This document shows, piece after piece, positions 19,591-29,581 of a stretch of 64,000 nucleotides of DNA (its first letter is position 1; every line of letters starts with the position of its first letter). Position numbers and translations under genes: made by a program. The stretch spans positions 555,842-619,841 of the forward strand of contig CAWDHY010000001.1 of the NCBI GenBank assembly GCA_963802255.1, written 5' to 3'. The notes beneath the pieces were generated by a model. The model was not told the DNA's origin. It saw only the letters and a program-made list of their open reading frames with translations, and ran no database searches. Source of the stretch: Candidatus Magasanikiibacteriota bacterium. Lineage in GTDB: Bacteria; Patescibacteriota; Patescibacteriia; Magasanikbacterales; GWA2-37-8.

Positions 19591-19926
19591 TTATTTTTTG
19601 CTTTCAATATCTTTTAAGGAAAGCAGGCGCGTCAGTACAGTGATTTCACGACGCTGCTTTTCCACAGAAATTAGTAAACGAAATACTAAGAAAAACAGAA
19701 GCACCAAGGCAAGATAGACAATTAGATCGGCGCCACGTCCGATACCAAGTTTATTTGAAAAATAAAATGTCGCGTCGGGCCAGATAACAACCGCACAAGC
19801 AGATACCCAGAATAAAATCCAAATTATCACCCCATATAACCCAACCTCTCCGCGCTTATAACGTATCAACGCGCTTACCGCTCCCAAAATAAACACTGCT
19901 AAAAGAATAATTTGTATTATGGTCAT
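19591..19926 (-). CDS. DUF2304-family small membrane protein (glycosyltransferase-associated)
   Basis: 111 aa with 3 TM helices. It sits immediately downstream of a DPM-synthase-like GT2, the typical pairing for DUF2304. Confidence 0.55.
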   Translation of the reverse strand: MTIIQIILLAVFILGAVSALIRYKRGEVGLYGVIIWILFWVSACAVVIWPDATFYFSNKLGIGRGADLIVYLALVLLFFLVFRLLISVEKQRREITVLTRLLSLKDIESKK

Positions 19927-19930
19927 AAAT

Positions 19931-20593
19931 TTATTTAAATAATTTTGAAATAAATAAATCGAGTAAAACTTTTAAACCGCCGGCAACACCCTGGCCATAT
20001 TCATGATAGACGACTTCAACAGGATATTCCTTGTACTTCATACCGTATTTTTTGATTTTTGATACTAATTCAGAATTATGCGCCATGCCATCCTGACGGA
20101 TATTAATTTTGCCCGCCGCATTGCGGTTTAGCAATCTGAAACCATTGTGCGCATCGCTTAGCCATATTCCGGTTACCAGCCAATTGATTAATCTTGCAAC
20201 TGGTAAAACAATGTGTCTTTTCGCCCAAGGAATTTTTGAACGACTATCCAAAAATCTTGATCCTAAAACGGCATCCAAAGACCCTTCACGCATCAAACGT
20301 ACTGCACCGGCTATGTCAGACGGATTAAACTGATCATCTGCGTCAAAATGCACTATAATTTCAGCTCCGGATTGATAAGCGAGTTGATTTCCGGTCTGAA
20401 GCGCCGCCCCTTGTCCGCGATTCAGAGCATGTCTCACAACTGTCGCGCCCGCCTCACGAGAAACAGTGCTGGTATTATCATTAGATCCGTCGTCAACAAC
20501 CACTACATACTCATAGCCATGTTGAAAAAGGCCGCGTATAACGCGGCCAATTTGTTTCTCTTCGTTATGCGCCGGTACAACAACAATAATCAT
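19931..20593 (-). CDS. GT2 glycosyltransferase, dolichyl/polyprenyl-phosphate sugar synthase-like
   Basis: MIIVVVPAHNEE...VVVVDDGSNDNT...DADDQ is GT-A, DPM1-like. Confidence 0.8.
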   Translation of the reverse strand: MIIVVVPAHNEEKQIGRVIRGLFQHGYEYVVVVDDGSNDNTSTVSREAGATVVRHALNRGQGAALQTGNQLAYQSGAEIIVHFDADDQFNPSDIAGAVRLMREGSLDAVLGSRFLDSRSKIPWAKRHIVLPVARLINWLVTGIWLSDAHNGFRLLNRNAAGKINIRQDGMAHNSELVSKIKKYGMKYKEYPVEVVYHEYGQGVAGGLKVLLDLFISKLFK

Positions 20594-20596
20594 AAA

Positions 20597-21679
20597 TTAA
20601 TGATCATGGTTAAAAATCAGTGCTTCCTTATTAGCCACCACGTATTCAATTGTTTTATCCAGGCCATCTTCAAGGCGTACAAGTGGCATCCAGCCAAGCG
20701 CGTCTTTAACAAAAGTTAAATCAGCTGCTCCTTTTTTTGTTAAAAATTGCAGGCTTTTCTCAAAAGTCACTTTTGAAGAAGAATTCATCATCTTTATTAT
20801 CATATTTGCAACATCCACAATTCTGACAATTTTATCATCGCCAAAATTTGCCACTCTAACCTCAGGATCTGCTGACATTAATTTAGTCAACCCTGTAACC
20901 ATATCATCAACATAACAAAGTGAAGTCGAAAAAGATTCATCCCCGTAGACAACAAGGTCTTTTCCGTCAATTGCATCAATAATAAAATCGGGAATCATTA
21001 ATCCCTGGAATAGATGCATGCGCGGACCATAGGTGGTAAATACTCGCGCAATTTTTGCGTCAACTCCATGAACCTGACGATAAGTTTCCACCGCCGCCTC
21101 GGCAAATTTCTTGCCCTCGTCATAACAGGCGCGGGGTGAAAGATGATCAACCAGACCTTGGTCTGTTTCCTTAAAGCGATCCCTTTGTTCGGTCGCGTCG
21201 CCGTAAACAACTGAACTTGACGCAAAAACATATTTCGCGCGATATTTTACCGCCAAATCCAGAGTATTAAACATGGCCGTTGAATTAGCGGCTAATGTTT
21301 TCATTTTAAGACTTTCAAAATCCTTAGGGCTTGTCGGACAGGCCAAATGATATATCTCCTGAATGCCCTGAAACTTGACTTTAAATTTATCCAATTCATC
21401 ATATGCCTCCATATCAAGAGGCTGGGAAACGTCCAAATTAATAAATTCAAAATCCGGATACTGCAAAAGGTGGTTGATATTATTCGGGTCCGAATTAGAA
21501 AAGTCATCAATACAAATAACTTTGGCCTCTTTTAGCAGGCGTTCACATAAATGCGAACCTATAAATCCCGCTCCTCCGGTTACAATAACATTCTTTTTCT
21601 CAAAAATTGGGGTATCCATATATTCAAAAACTATTGTATAAATCGCTATTATTTTATCAAAATTATCAGGCTTAGGCAA
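20597..21679 (-). CDS. NAD-dependent epimerase/dehydratase (UDP-glucuronate decarboxylase/UXS-like)
   Basis: Rossmann motif VIVTGGAGFIGSHL and catalytic YxxxK (YDEGKKFAE). The true start is possibly the internal M at 21619. Confidence 0.75.
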   Translation of the reverse strand: MPKPDNFDKIIAIYTIVFEYMDTPIFEKKNVIVTGGAGFIGSHLCERLLKEAKVICIDDFSNSDPNNINHLLQYPDFEFINLDVSQPLDMEAYDELDKFKVKFQGIQEIYHLACPTSPKDFESLKMKTLAANSTAMFNTLDLAVKYRAKYVFASSSVVYGDATEQRDRFKETDQGLVDHLSPRACYDEGKKFAEAAVETYRQVHGVDAKIARVFTTYGPRMHLFQGLMIPDFIIDAIDGKDLVVYGDESFSTSLCYVDDMVTGLTKLMSADPEVRVANFGDDKIVRIVDVANMIIKMMNSSSKVTFEKSLQFLTKKGAADLTFVKDALGWMPLVRLEDGLDKTIEYVVANKEALIFNHDH

Positions 21680-21695
21680 GTGTAATAAAAACGCT

Positions 21696-23648
21696 CTATT
21701 TTAACCGTGGTAACTGTACATTTTTTAATGTTTTACCCTTTCCTGAAATTATCTTAAACACGCCGCCACCGCCGTTATACGGCATTAAATCGATTAATCC
21801 ATCGCTGTCATAATCCTGCGATATTAAACTCCATTTTTCGCCGGTGTCAGAAAGCCGTTCTCTTAATATACTTCCGCTTTCAAGATAAACCATTGAACGG
21901 TAAGCGGCTAAACCGCGCCTGTATATTATGGTGAGCTGATCATTCTCACTGTCTACATAACGTTCAACAGACATGTCATCGACTCTTGTAGCAACGCCCA
22001 TTTCGATTTTTCTTATAAAATTACCAAGTGCGTTAAATTCTTCCACGGTCAATTTCCCATTTTTTATCCCGGCTATGAAAATATTACCATTTTTATCAAC
22101 AGTAAAAGAGTCTACACGCCCGGTAACCCACCATGATGACACTTGTTTGCCGCCAATGGAAGACGCGATAATTCTTGTGCGATCATTCTTTGCATCATAA
22201 CCAGTGGCGTAAACTTGTTTCTCATTTTTTAAAGAAGCTACTTTGACCAAATCAAAAATAATGCCCTGCGGCAGCGTCCATGATGAAACAATCTCACCGT
22301 TTTTCTTAATAATTTTTATTACATAGTTATTTCCTTCTTTAATCATTGCCGCTATCAGTTCACTGTCAGAACTGTCCAAAATAATAATTTTATTTTTAAA
22401 CCCGGCTATTTGCCATGACTTATTACTGGATAAACTCTGGCAATAGATATAGTTATCTGATTTATAACAAACATTAGCAAAAGGACCGTTTAAATTTATT
22501 TCATCAATTGCCATTTTAACTGCTGCCCCAATATTTAGACGTCCGTAGCCGAATAGTCCGAGGAGTTTCGGATTCATTTTATCAATATTGTCGGCAGAAG
22601 CCAGTAGCGTCGCTATAAGTTTTTTTGCCGTCCAATCCGGCTGTAACGATTTTAGCAAAGCAGCTGCTCCTGCTACCAGTGGCGTAGCGAAAGACGTGCC
22701 CGACCAGGGACCAATAAAACCTGTGCCATTTTCACCATTTGTGCGCATGGCAGTGCTATAAAGATTTTCACCGGGCGCGGCTATGTCAACACAATTGCCA
22801 AAATTCGCGAAAGCGCTTAATCGGTCAGTTTTGTCGACTGCAGTTACCCCTAACAACCAATTTTCATCGGCATACTCTCTATAACATACTGGGTATAACT
22901 CATTTTTTTCAAGAAAACCGGTGCCGTCTGCACGGTTATTACCCGCGGCCACTACAATAAGAATATTCTTGGCGTACGCCCGTCTCAAAGCCTCATACAA
23001 ACCCGCGTCATCTGCATAGCCGACAAAACTTAAACTGATTATATCCGCTCCGTTAAATGCGGCATAGTCAATGGCCTTTGCGATATCATCATAAGAACCG
23101 GAGCCGTAATTATCAATCGTGCGTACCGGCATAATTCTTACGCGCCAATTTACTCCGGCTCCGAATAAATTATTGTCCCCGGCGGCTCCAATCAACCCGG
23201 TAATTACTGTTCCGTGAGAAATCACATCATCGCCAAAAAAAGTTCCTTCTTCCGATCCAATGACATCATTATTCTTTTCAACAAAATTCCATCCATTAAC
23301 ATCATCAATATATCCGTTGCGATCGTCGTCAAAGCCATTGTCGGGCACTTCGTATTTATTCACCCAAATATTATTTTTTAAATCCGGATGATTTATATCA
23401 ATACCTGTATCAAGAACAGCCACAACAACTTCGGGCGACCCGGTGGTAAAATTCCAGGCGTCTGGCAGATTAATTTGACTGTAAACCTGCGTTTGCTTTT
23501 TATATTCCGGATCGGCTGAGATGCTGCCATAAGCCGGTAAGGCAGAAATTAAAAACAGGCCGATAATAAGCCCGGCAATTGATTTATTTATAAAAATATT
23601 GTAGGATTCATGCATAAAATACCATATAAAGTATACATCATATATCAA
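21696..23648 (-). CDS. Secreted subtilisin-like serine protease (S8) with a C-terminal beta-rich domain
   Basis: Catalytic triad contexts AVLDTGID (Asp), HGTVITGLIGA (His), GTSFATPLVAGAAALL (Ser). The signal peptide starts at the internal MHESYNIFINKSIAGLIIGLFLISALPAYG. Confidence 0.85.
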   Translation of the reverse strand: MIYDVYFIWYFMHESYNIFINKSIAGLIIGLFLISALPAYGSISADPEYKKQTQVYSQINLPDAWNFTTGSPEVVVAVLDTGIDINHPDLKNNIWVNKYEVPDNGFDDDRNGYIDDVNGWNFVEKNNDVIGSEEGTFFGDDVISHGTVITGLIGAAGDNNLFGAGVNWRVRIMPVRTIDNYGSGSYDDIAKAIDYAAFNGADIISLSFVGYADDAGLYEALRRAYAKNILIVVAAGNNRADGTGFLEKNELYPVCYREYADENWLLGVTAVDKTDRLSAFANFGNCVDIAAPGENLYSTAMRTNGENGTGFIGPWSGTSFATPLVAGAAALLKSLQPDWTAKKLIATLLASADNIDKMNPKLLGLFGYGRLNIGAAVKMAIDEINLNGPFANVCYKSDNYIYCQSLSSNKSWQIAGFKNKIIILDSSDSELIAAMIKEGNNYVIKIIKKNGEIVSSWTLPQGIIFDLVKVASLKNEKQVYATGYDAKNDRTRIIASSIGGKQVSSWWVTGRVDSFTVDKNGNIFIAGIKNGKLTVEEFNALGNFIRKIEMGVATRVDDMSVERYVDSENDQLTIIYRRGLAAYRSMVYLESGSILRERLSDTGEKWSLISQDYDSDGLIDLMPYNGGGGVFKIISGKGKTLKNVQLPRLK

Positions 23649-23664
23649 GGATTGAAAATGGCAT

Positions 23665-25053
23665 ATGCTCTATCGAATTAAACAATTAACTTTGCTTATC
23701 GGTGACTGGATAGCGCTATATCTGGCCTTATTTTCTTCGTTATGCCTTCGTTATCTAAAATTACCCGCTATCGAGTGGAATGTTTTGTTTATACCAATGA
23801 CCAAACTTTTCATTATCGCGGCGATAATATTTTTTATTGTCGGCCTATATGACATTGGACAATCAAAAAATCGCTGGCCTTTTTTTCAAAAAATATTTCT
23901 GGCAATGGGAATATGGCTGATATTCGGTGTGCTTTATTTTTATTTAAGCCCCCGTAATAATGTTCAACCTAAAACAATCATGCTTTTTTGCGCGATTATA
24001 GGAACATTATTTATCGGTGCTTGGAGAGCGCTCCACAACCGGTTTCTATCAAAGTCAATTTTAAAAAATAATATAGTTCTGGTCGGATTATCAAGAGAAG
24101 CGTCTGAGCTCATGGCCAAACTTGAGGCTGAACCGGAAATCGGATACGAAGTAATAGGAATAATAAAGCGCGGCGAAGAAGCAATGCAGGAAAGTTTACC
24201 CGGTATCCAAAAATATCCCATAGCCGTCTCAATTGCCGATTTGATGGATAAAATATCCAAACCGATAAACTATATCGTTGTCGCACCGTCAATGGCGAAA
24301 AATACCGAAATTGCTAAAGAATTATACCAGCAGCTTTTTAGTCAGGTAAGCGTTATTAGTTTTGTCCGGTTTTATGAGGAAATAATGAAGAGAATCCCGC
24401 CATCCACTTTTTCAGAATCATGGTTTTTAGCAAACCTGCAGGAGCAAGATAAAAAAATTTATGACAGATTCAAAATTATCATCGATTATATCTTCGCGTC
24501 AATTATGTGCGCGGTATTTGCGGTGACTTTTCCGTTCATTGCGCTAGCGGTCAAACTTTCTTCAGCCGGACCGATATTCTTTATTCAGGAAAGAACCGGA
24601 CGAAATGGCTTAATATTTAAAATATTTAAGTACCGTACAATGCAGGCGTTGTCAAAAGATGGCAGTGCTGAAATAAATGGAGCTCAATTCGCAGCCGTGG
24701 ACGATCAAAGAATCACTTCTGTCGGTAAATTTTTGCGCAAAACCCGGCTTGATGAATTACCGCAATTTATTAATATTTTTAAAAACGAAATGAGTCTGAT
24801 CGGGCCCCGTCCGGAAAGACCAAAATTCGTATCCGAATTATCGGCAATAATGCCCTACTATTCATTACGCCACTTAATTAAACCGGGATTGACCGGTTGG
24901 GGGCAAATTCAGAAATCCTATTATGGCACACTTGAAGAAAATCTGCGCAAACTGGAATTTGATCTGTATTATTTAAAAAATCGCGGTCCGCTTTTGGATG
25001 CGGCGATTATTCTTCGAACGTTTAATATTCTGGGCAGGATGGCAGGTAGATAA
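23665..25053 (+). CDS. Polyprenyl-phosphate sugar phosphotransferase (bacterial sugar transferase, WbaP/CpsE-like)
   Basis: Four or five N-terminal TM helices plus the C-terminal Bac_transf domain: KIFKYRTM, DELPQFINIFKNEMSLIGPRPERP. Confidence 0.85.
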   Translation: MLYRIKQLTLLIGDWIALYLALFSSLCLRYLKLPAIEWNVLFIPMTKLFIIAAIIFFIVGLYDIGQSKNRWPFFQKIFLAMGIWLIFGVLYFYLSPRNNVQPKTIMLFCAIIGTLFIGAWRALHNRFLSKSILKNNIVLVGLSREASELMAKLEAEPEIGYEVIGIIKRGEEAMQESLPGIQKYPIAVSIADLMDKISKPINYIVVAPSMAKNTEIAKELYQQLFSQVSVISFVRFYEEIMKRIPPSTFSESWFLANLQEQDKKIYDRFKIIIDYIFASIMCAVFAVTFPFIALAVKLSSAGPIFFIQERTGRNGLIFKIFKYRTMQALSKDGSAEINGAQFAAVDDQRITSVGKFLRKTRLDELPQFINIFKNEMSLIGPRPERPKFVSELSAIMPYYSLRHLIKPGLTGWGQIQKSYYGTLEENLRKLEFDLYYLKNRGPLLDAAIILRTFNILGRMAGR

Positions 25054-25084
25054 AGGAAGCGCCAAACGGCGCTTCCTTTTTTAT
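25054..25084 (+). terminator. Intrinsic terminator
   Basis: Hairpin AGGAAGCGCC-aaac-GGCGCTTCCT followed by TTTTTTATT. Confidence 0.7.
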
Positions 25085-25093
25085 TCTTCCTTT

Positions 25094-26722
25094 TTATTTT
25101 TTATTTAAAGCCGCTTTTACGAGTCCCATAAACAACGGATGGGGATGTAATGGGCGGGATTTAAATTCCGGATGAAATTGAGAACCGACAAAAAATGGAT
25201 GATTTTTTAATTCAATAATCTCAACAAGGTCAGATTCTTTGTTAATACCAACAATTTGCAAACCGGCTTTGTCTAATTCATCCCTGTATTGGTTATTAAA
25301 CTCAAAACGATGCCGGTGACGCTCACTAATTTTATTGGCACCATAGAGCTTCTGCACTTTGCTTCCATTTTTCAAAACACAGTCATAGGCGCCTAGGCGC
25401 ATTGTACCGCCATATTTTGCCTCCTGAATATTTTTCGCCTGATTCGGATTAACGTGAATAATGATATTTGAACTTTTCGGGTTACACTCAACCGTATGCG
25501 CATCTTTATATCCAAGTACGTGCCTGACATATTCAATTGCCGCCAGCTGCATGCCATAACATAATCCCAAATATGGAATCTTTTTTTCTCGGACATATTT
25601 AATCGCTGAAATTACCCCTTCAACTCCGCGGGTGCCGAATCCGCCGGGTACCACAACCGCATTATATCCGGAAAGCTCTTTTAAACATTTTGAATCCCGC
25701 TCATATTTTTCCGAATCAATCCATGTTAATTCCGGCACCGCCCCGTTATACCAGGCGGCGGTTTTGATAGCTTCAATAACTGAAATATATGAATCTGATA
25801 ATGTATAATTTCCGGTTCCGAAATATTTCCCGATTACGGCGACCTTGATAATTTTATCTGCAGTCCGCATCTTTTTTATAAAATTTGCCCATAATGAACC
25901 GTCTTTTTCTTTTAACCGAAGCTTTAATTTCTTGGCAATTATTTTACTTAAATTGTATTTTTCAAAATTGTAAGGAATTTCATAAATATTCCTTACGTCC
26001 GGAGCGGGAATAATGTCGTCTTTTGAACGCAGTGAACAAAAAAATGCCAACTTTTCACGTCGCGGTTCGTCCAGTTCTTCACGGCCGCGCGCGATGATAA
26101 CGTCGGCTTGCAGACCCGAATTATTCAAAGTTCTGGACGCATGCTGCGTCGGCTTTGTTTTCATTTCCCCTAAATGGCCGGGAATCGGCAGATAACTAAC
26201 TAAGACAAAAAGTACACTATCGGGATCGTCCAGTTTCATCATTCTGGCTGCTTCCAAAAATAAAATATTTTCGTATTCTCCGACCGTTCCGCCAATTTCT
26301 ATAATCATCACCTCGGCATTGGTTTTTTTCGCTGCTGTTTTTATTCTGCCGATTACTTCCAGCGGAATATGCGGCACTACCTGCACGCACCGGCCCTTGT
26401 ATCCCATACTTCTTTCTTTCTGTATCACATTTTGATAGACCCTGCCCGTAGTCATGTAATTAATTGAATATATGTCAGTATCGAGAAAACGTTCATAATT
26501 TCCAATATCTTGGTCAGTTTCATCGCCGTCATTAGTCACGAATACCTCACCATGCTCAATCGGATTCATTGTGCCTGCATCAATATTAATATACGGATCG
26601 ATCTTGATCGCCGACACCCGCATACCGCAATTGGCCAATATACGGCCAATTGATGCCACGGTTATTCCCTTTCCCACTCCGCTCATTACACCGCCGATAA
26701 CGAAAATATATTTTGTTTTCAT
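25094..26722 (-). CDS. pyrG: CTP synthase
   Basis: N-terminal synthetase domain IFVIGGVMSGVGKGI and a C-terminal class-I glutamine amidotransferase (GLCYGMQ; HPEF). Confidence 0.9.
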   Translation of the reverse strand: MKTKYIFVIGGVMSGVGKGITVASIGRILANCGMRVSAIKIDPYINIDAGTMNPIEHGEVFVTNDGDETDQDIGNYERFLDTDIYSINYMTTGRVYQNVIQKERSMGYKGRCVQVVPHIPLEVIGRIKTAAKKTNAEVMIIEIGGTVGEYENILFLEAARMMKLDDPDSVLFVLVSYLPIPGHLGEMKTKPTQHASRTLNNSGLQADVIIARGREELDEPRREKLAFFCSLRSKDDIIPAPDVRNIYEIPYNFEKYNLSKIIAKKLKLRLKEKDGSLWANFIKKMRTADKIIKVAVIGKYFGTGNYTLSDSYISVIEAIKTAAWYNGAVPELTWIDSEKYERDSKCLKELSGYNAVVVPGGFGTRGVEGVISAIKYVREKKIPYLGLCYGMQLAAIEYVRHVLGYKDAHTVECNPKSSNIIIHVNPNQAKNIQEAKYGGTMRLGAYDCVLKNGSKVQKLYGANKISERHRHRFEFNNQYRDELDKAGLQIVGINKESDLVEIIELKNHPFFVGSQFHPEFKSRPLHPHPLFMGLVKAALNKK

Positions 26723-26807
26723 AGGCGCTCTATTAAAAAAATGACACTATGATAGTTTTGGAATAATCAATTCAAAAATAACCCCATTAATAATACAAAA
26801 AATTTAT

Positions 26808-27272
26808 TTAGTCGGGTGAAGTCGTATTTTTTGAATTTACAATAATGTGAATCTTAATTTCTAAGCCATGCTTCAGTTTTACTGTTGCATCAAATTCCCC
26901 CGGTTCTTTTATCAGATTCGCTGAAATTTTATTTTTATCAATATCGAATCCCATTTTTTTGAGAGATTCCGAAATTTTTTGCGGTCCGACAGCGGCATAT
27001 AAAAAACCGGCCTCATTGGTCTTTTCGGTGAAAATCAACGGCAGACCCTCAAGCCGGCTGGCTAAAGACTGCTGAGTTTTTAAATCCATTTCCGCCCCTT
27101 TTTCTTTGCGCCTTTTATCGGCATTCAAATTACTGATAGTCTTCGAAGACGCTAAAACGGCTAAATGACGCGGAAAAAGAAAATTTACCGCATAGCCTTC
27201 GGCCACTTCCTTAATATCGTCAATATCGCCGAGCCCGGCCACTTTAGCTAGTAGTATTACTTTCATAGCCAT
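26808..27272 (-). CDS. rplI: 50S ribosomal protein L9
   Basis: MKVILLAKVAGLGDIDDIKEVAEGYAVNFLFPRHLA is the L9 N-domain signature. Confidence 0.85.
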   Translation of the reverse strand: MAMKVILLAKVAGLGDIDDIKEVAEGYAVNFLFPRHLAVLASSKTISNLNADKRRKEKGAEMDLKTQQSLASRLEGLPLIFTEKTNEAGFLYAAVGPQKISESLKKMGFDIDKNKISANLIKEPGEFDATVKLKHGLEIKIHIIVNSKNTTSPD

Positions 27273-27353
27273 CTGCCTTGAAAAATATCTTAATTTCGGG
27301 TATATTATAGTACAAAATTAACCAATTGAAAAACAACCTGTCAAGGGATTAAT

Positions 27354-28244
27354 ATGGACAAAAAAATAGCAAATATCAACGAGCCTAAACCGCCCTTAAA
27401 GTCCGGCATTATTACGCTTGTCGGCCGCTCTAATGTCGGCAAATCAACTCTGCTAAACACATTGGTGGGCACTAAATTGGCTATTGTAACAGATAAACCG
27501 CAGACAACCAGAAATATTATTCACGGGGTTCTAAATTGGCCGCAGGGACAGGCTGTATTTGTGGACGCACCAGGCGTATTTAAAGAAAACAGAAGCTTGC
27601 TTTCCGGTAAACTGGAAAAAAGAGTACACGAATCATTGGAGGACACGGATATAATTATCTATGTTGTTGACCCGACTAAATCACTCGGTGCTGAGGAACG
27701 CTACATATTATCCTTGGTCAGAAAAATTGAAAAGCCAAAAATATTAGTAATAAATAAATCAGATTTACCCCGTCAAGAAAAGGAGTATCTCGACGACTAT
27801 TTGGCGCTTGCGGATAATTTTTCGCAAACTTTTGAATTGTCAGCATTGCGAAACCGGCACGTCGAGCCTCTACGCGAAAAAGTATTTGAACTGTTGCCCT
27901 ATGGCGAACCGTTATATCCACCGGATCAACTGACAAATACTGATCCAAAATTCTGGGTATCAGAGCTGATCAGAGAAAAAATTTTTAAAGCGCTCCGAAA
28001 AGAAGTACCCTATACAATACATGTTGAAATAGAAAGCATCGAAGAAAAAACTGATATCTATGTTATTAAGGCAACAGTATTCACGCTTGACTCGCGTTAT
28101 AAAAAAATGATAATCGGCGCGCGCGGCAGAGCGATAAAAGAAATAGGTATCGCTGCGAGAAAGGAACTGGAAACAGCGTTGAATAAAAAAGTATTTTTGG
28201 AACTTGAAGTTGAAACGGATAAGCACTGGGAAGAAAAAATTTAA
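27354..28244 (+). CDS. era: GTPase Era
   Basis: G1 GRSNVGKST, G2 T, G3 DAPG, G4 NKSD, plus a C-terminal KH domain. Confidence 0.9.
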   Translation: MDKKIANINEPKPPLKSGIITLVGRSNVGKSTLLNTLVGTKLAIVTDKPQTTRNIIHGVLNWPQGQAVFVDAPGVFKENRSLLSGKLEKRVHESLEDTDIIIYVVDPTKSLGAEERYILSLVRKIEKPKILVINKSDLPRQEKEYLDDYLALADNFSQTFELSALRNRHVEPLREKVFELLPYGEPLYPPDQLTNTDPKFWVSELIREKIFKALRKEVPYTIHVEIESIEEKTDIYVIKATVFTLDSRYKKMIIGARGRAIKEIGIAARKELETALNKKVFLELEVETDKHWEEKI

Positions 28245-28248
28245 AAAA

Positions 28249-28276
28249 ATCCCCGGTTTAAGCCGGGGATTTTTTA
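28249..28276. terminator. Bidirectional intrinsic terminator between era (+) and the S41 protease gene (-)
   Basis: Hairpin ATCCCCGG-tttaa-gCCGGGGAT flanked by an A-run and a T-run. Confidence 0.7.
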
Positions 28277-29575
28277 TCAGTTCGTAGTACTTGTTGAATT
28301 ATCTGCCGGTAGTACTTCTCTTCCCTCAATAATATCTATTGCCCGGTCAAGCATAACGTCTTCTCCTACCTTTTCGTTTTCCCAATCCTGCTTTATTTCA
28401 ACGTCGGGCAAAATACCTTCTTTATTGATATTTTTTCCCAATGGCGTATACCATTCCGCAACTGTTAATTTCAAAGCCGAACCATCCGGAAAAGTTTCAA
28501 AATCCTGCACCGATCCTTTACCAAATGTTTTTTCTCCGATAACGTCTGCCAGGCCGTGATCCTTAAGCGCTCCTGCAACAATCTCTGAGGCCGATGCAGA
28601 ACCGCCATTTACCAAAACAACTGTTTTTATACCGGACAATCTATGTTCACCTATTGTTTCGTGGTCACGCGAATAACCGGTATCGGACTTTTCACTGACA
28701 ATCATACCCTCGTCTACCCATTCGCTAGCCATATTTACGGCAGCATCAAGAAAACCGCCCGGGTTATTTCGCATATCCAATATTATTCCTTTCGCATTTT
28801 CATCAACTAATTTTTGCGCGAAACGGTCAAATATCACGTCTGTATCTTCATTAAATTGTAAAATTCGTATATACGCAATCTTATCCCCTTTCCATTCAAA
28901 AGTGACCGATGGCACATTAATTTTTGCGCGCATAATAACAATATCAAAAGCCTTGCCGGCTCCATTGCGAGTGACTAATAAAGTGACCTCTGTCCCCGCT
29001 TCTCCACGAATTTTACTTACTGCCATATTAACATCCATGCCAAAAGTATTCTCCTTGTCAATCGCCATTATTTTATCGCCCGCACGCAGACCGGCGTGTT
29101 CAGCCGGTGAATCGGCGAGTGGAGACACGACCGTCAGCTGGCCATTCTTAATACCAATTTCAGCGCCAATACCTTCAAACTCGCCGGATAAGTCTTTAGC
29201 AAATTCTTCGGCTGTCTTTGGCACCATATAAACAGAATATGGATCGCCAAGAGAATAGACGAGACCCTCAATCGCCCCATAAAATAAATCCGCGTCCTTA
29301 ACATCCTTATAAACATATTTTTCTTTTATTCTGTCCCATACATCCCAAAACTGGCTAAAATCAATACTGTCTGAACGGCTTACCGATCGGTTGAAATTAA
29401 TAACTTTACTTATTTCCACATCGCCGTTTGCATTTTCAATTTGTTTCTTTATAATAATTGATTGGCCAACCAATATACCCAAGCCAAATGAAGAAACAAA
29501 TAAAATAATTGCAAGATATATTCCGATATATTTGCTAAAACGCGCCTTTGACGGCGTCACATTGCGTTCAAACAT
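28277..29575 (-). CDS. ctpA: Carboxy-terminal processing protease (S41 family, CtpA/Prc-like)
   Basis: N-terminal TM, PDZ domain and S41 catalytic region: GIILDMRNNPGGFLD, SASASEIVAGAL. Confidence 0.85.
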   Translation of the reverse strand: MFERNVTPSKARFSKYIGIYLAIILFVSSFGLGILVGQSIIIKKQIENANGDVEISKVINFNRSVSRSDSIDFSQFWDVWDRIKEKYVYKDVKDADLFYGAIEGLVYSLGDPYSVYMVPKTAEEFAKDLSGEFEGIGAEIGIKNGQLTVVSPLADSPAEHAGLRAGDKIMAIDKENTFGMDVNMAVSKIRGEAGTEVTLLVTRNGAGKAFDIVIMRAKINVPSVTFEWKGDKIAYIRILQFNEDTDVIFDRFAQKLVDENAKGIILDMRNNPGGFLDAAVNMASEWVDEGMIVSEKSDTGYSRDHETIGEHRLSGIKTVVLVNGGSASASEIVAGALKDHGLADVIGEKTFGKGSVQDFETFPDGSALKLTVAEWYTPLGKNINKEGILPDVEIKQDWENEKVGEDVMLDRAIDIIEGREVLPADNSTSTTN

Positions 29576-29581
29576 AAAAAA